A stretch of 64,000 nt of DNA from Gammaproteobacteria bacterium (GTDB lineage: Bacteria; Pseudomonadota; Gammaproteobacteria; Natronospirales; REEB76). Positions 62,967-64,000 of this stretch are shown here, one piece after another (within the stretch, counting starts at the first letter, position 1; every line of letters starts with the position of its first letter). Both the position numbers and the translations under genes were made by a program. Below the pieces are notes generated by a model that worked only from the letters and a program-made list of their open reading frames with translations, ran no database searches and was not told where the DNA came from. The stretch is from the NCBI GenBank assembly GCA_028870845.1, contig JAGWOR010000001.1:58770-122769 (forward strand), in the 5' to 3' direction.

Positions 62967-64000
62967 TCAGAACGCGTTGCCCAGGTTGAAGATCGGCAGG
63001 TACATGGCCACCACCAGGCCGCCCACCAGCACGCCCAGGATCACCATGATGAAGGGTTCCATGAGGCTCGACATGCTGTCCACGGCGTTGTCCACTTCCT
63101 CCTCGTAGAAATCCGCCACCTTGGCAGACATGGTGTCGATGGAGCCGGCCTCCTCGCCGATGGCGATCATCTGCACCACCACGTGGGGGAAGATGCCGGC
63201 CTGGGCCATGGCCAGGTTCAGCTGCTGGCCGGTGGACACCTGGTCGCGCATCCTGAGGGTAGCCTTCTCGTAGATAATATTGCCGGTGGCGCCGGCCACC
63301 GACTGCAGGGCCTCCACCAGGTTGACGCCGGCGGCGAACATGGTGGACAGGGTGCGGGCGAAACGCGCGATGGCTGCCTTGGTGAGCACCGCGCCGATGA
63401 CAGGGATCTTGAGCAGCGCGCGGTCCATGAGTTCGTGGAAACGCTGGGAGCGCTTGCGGGCCTGGACGATGCCCACGATGATAGCCACGATCACAATGAG
63501 ATAGAACCAGCCCTTGGTACGCACGGATACGGACAGGTTCACCACAAACTGGGTGAAGGCCGGCAGGGCCGCGCCGGCGCTGGCGAACAGCGACTGGAAC
63601 TGGGGAATCACGAAGATCAGCAGGATGGCGCTGACGATAAAGGCCACCACCAGCACCGCCGCCGGGTAGAACATGGCCTTCTTGATTTTCTTCTTGATGG
63701 CCTCGGTCTTTTCCTTGTAGGTGGCGATGCGGTCCAGCAGGGTTTCCAGGGAGCCGGACTGCTCGCCGGCGCGGATCAGGTTTACGAACAGGGCGTCGAA
63801 GTACAGCGGCTGCTTGGCCAGGGAATCCGCCAGGGTATTGCCGGACTCCACGTCGGCCTTGATGCCCAGCACCATGTCGCGCATGCGCGGATTGGTATGG
63901 CCGCGGCCGATGATGTCGATGGCCTGCACCAGCGGCACGCCGGCGGTCATCATGGTGGCCAGCTGGCGGCTGAAGAAGGCGATGTCGCCGGTGGTGATGC
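62967..64000 (-). CDS. pilC: type IV pilus assembly protein PilC (GspF family), N-terminal part outside the window
   Basis: The frame stays open to the window edge (ITTGDIAFFSRQLATMMTAGVPLVQAIDII). It has a duplicated GspF-domain architecture. Confidence 0.9.
   Translation of the reverse strand, partial: ITTGDIAFFSRQLATMMTAGVPLVQAIDIIGRGHTNPRMRDMVLGIKADVESGNTLADSLAKQPLYFDALFVNLIRAGEQSGSLETLLDRIATYKEKTEAIKKKIKKAMFYPAAVLVVAFIVSAILLIFVIPQFQSLFASAGAALPAFTQFVVNLSVSVRTKGWFYLIVIVAIIVGIVQARKRSQRFHELMDRALLKIPVIGAVLTKAAIARFARTLSTMFAAGVNLVEALQSVAGATGNIIYEKATLRMRDQVSTGQQLNLAMAQAGIFPHVVVQMIAIGEEAGSIDTMSAKVADFYEEEVDNAVDSMSSLMEPFIMVILGVLVGGLVVAMYLPIFNLGNAF

Overview
High-GC (roughly 60-70% by eye) gammaproteobacterial chromosomal window, almost entirely coding. 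All calls rest on motif and family recognition from the translated ORFs, because no searches could be run. Most of the window is conserved housekeeping. It holds a pyruvate kinase 3' fragment and a five-gene operon (ABC-2 exporter, BAAT-type hydrolase, DesK/NarL-type two-component system). Next come two FtsX-type permeases, an S45 penicillin-acylase-family protein, an orphan ParA-like ATPase and a patatin-like lipase. These are followed by rapZ, hpf-rpoN-lptBAC-kdsCD, ibaG-murA, a DegS/AlgW-like protease, petABC, sspAB, diaA-yraN-lpoA, rsmI and RNase P RNA. The rest is a complete dcw cluster (mraZ to ftsZ, then lpxC), a DUF721 protein, an M23 peptidase, secA, a MutT/ThiE-like fusion, and yacG-zapD-coaE-pilD-pilC. 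From my memory of Pseudomonas aeruginosa PAO1, this gene order closely matches its PA4403-PA4466 region. Against that reference, ddl, ptsN/npr and the mla operon are missing from their usual slots. The stand-out is a roughly 4.7 kb stretch of lower GC (about 40-55%) inserted exactly between the 3' end of rnpB and the mraZ promoter. It carries a tightly packed, co-directional operon of four genes: an NrtR-type Nudix + winged-helix regulator with an intact Nudix box, a TM-less SPFH/flotillin-like protein, a divergent NAD-kinase-fold protein (GQDG instead of GGDG), and a Cys-based HCX5R phosphatase. The operon is driven by a near-consensus sigma70 promoter overlapped by two GT-N7-AC palindromes of the NrtR operator type. 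I read it as a candidate ADP-ribose/NAD(P)-centred accessory system whose function I do not recognise. It could be a stress or anti-phage module, or a regulated NAD/NADP interconversion module. No CRISPR array, tRNA, rRNA, integrase or recognisable IS element was found.
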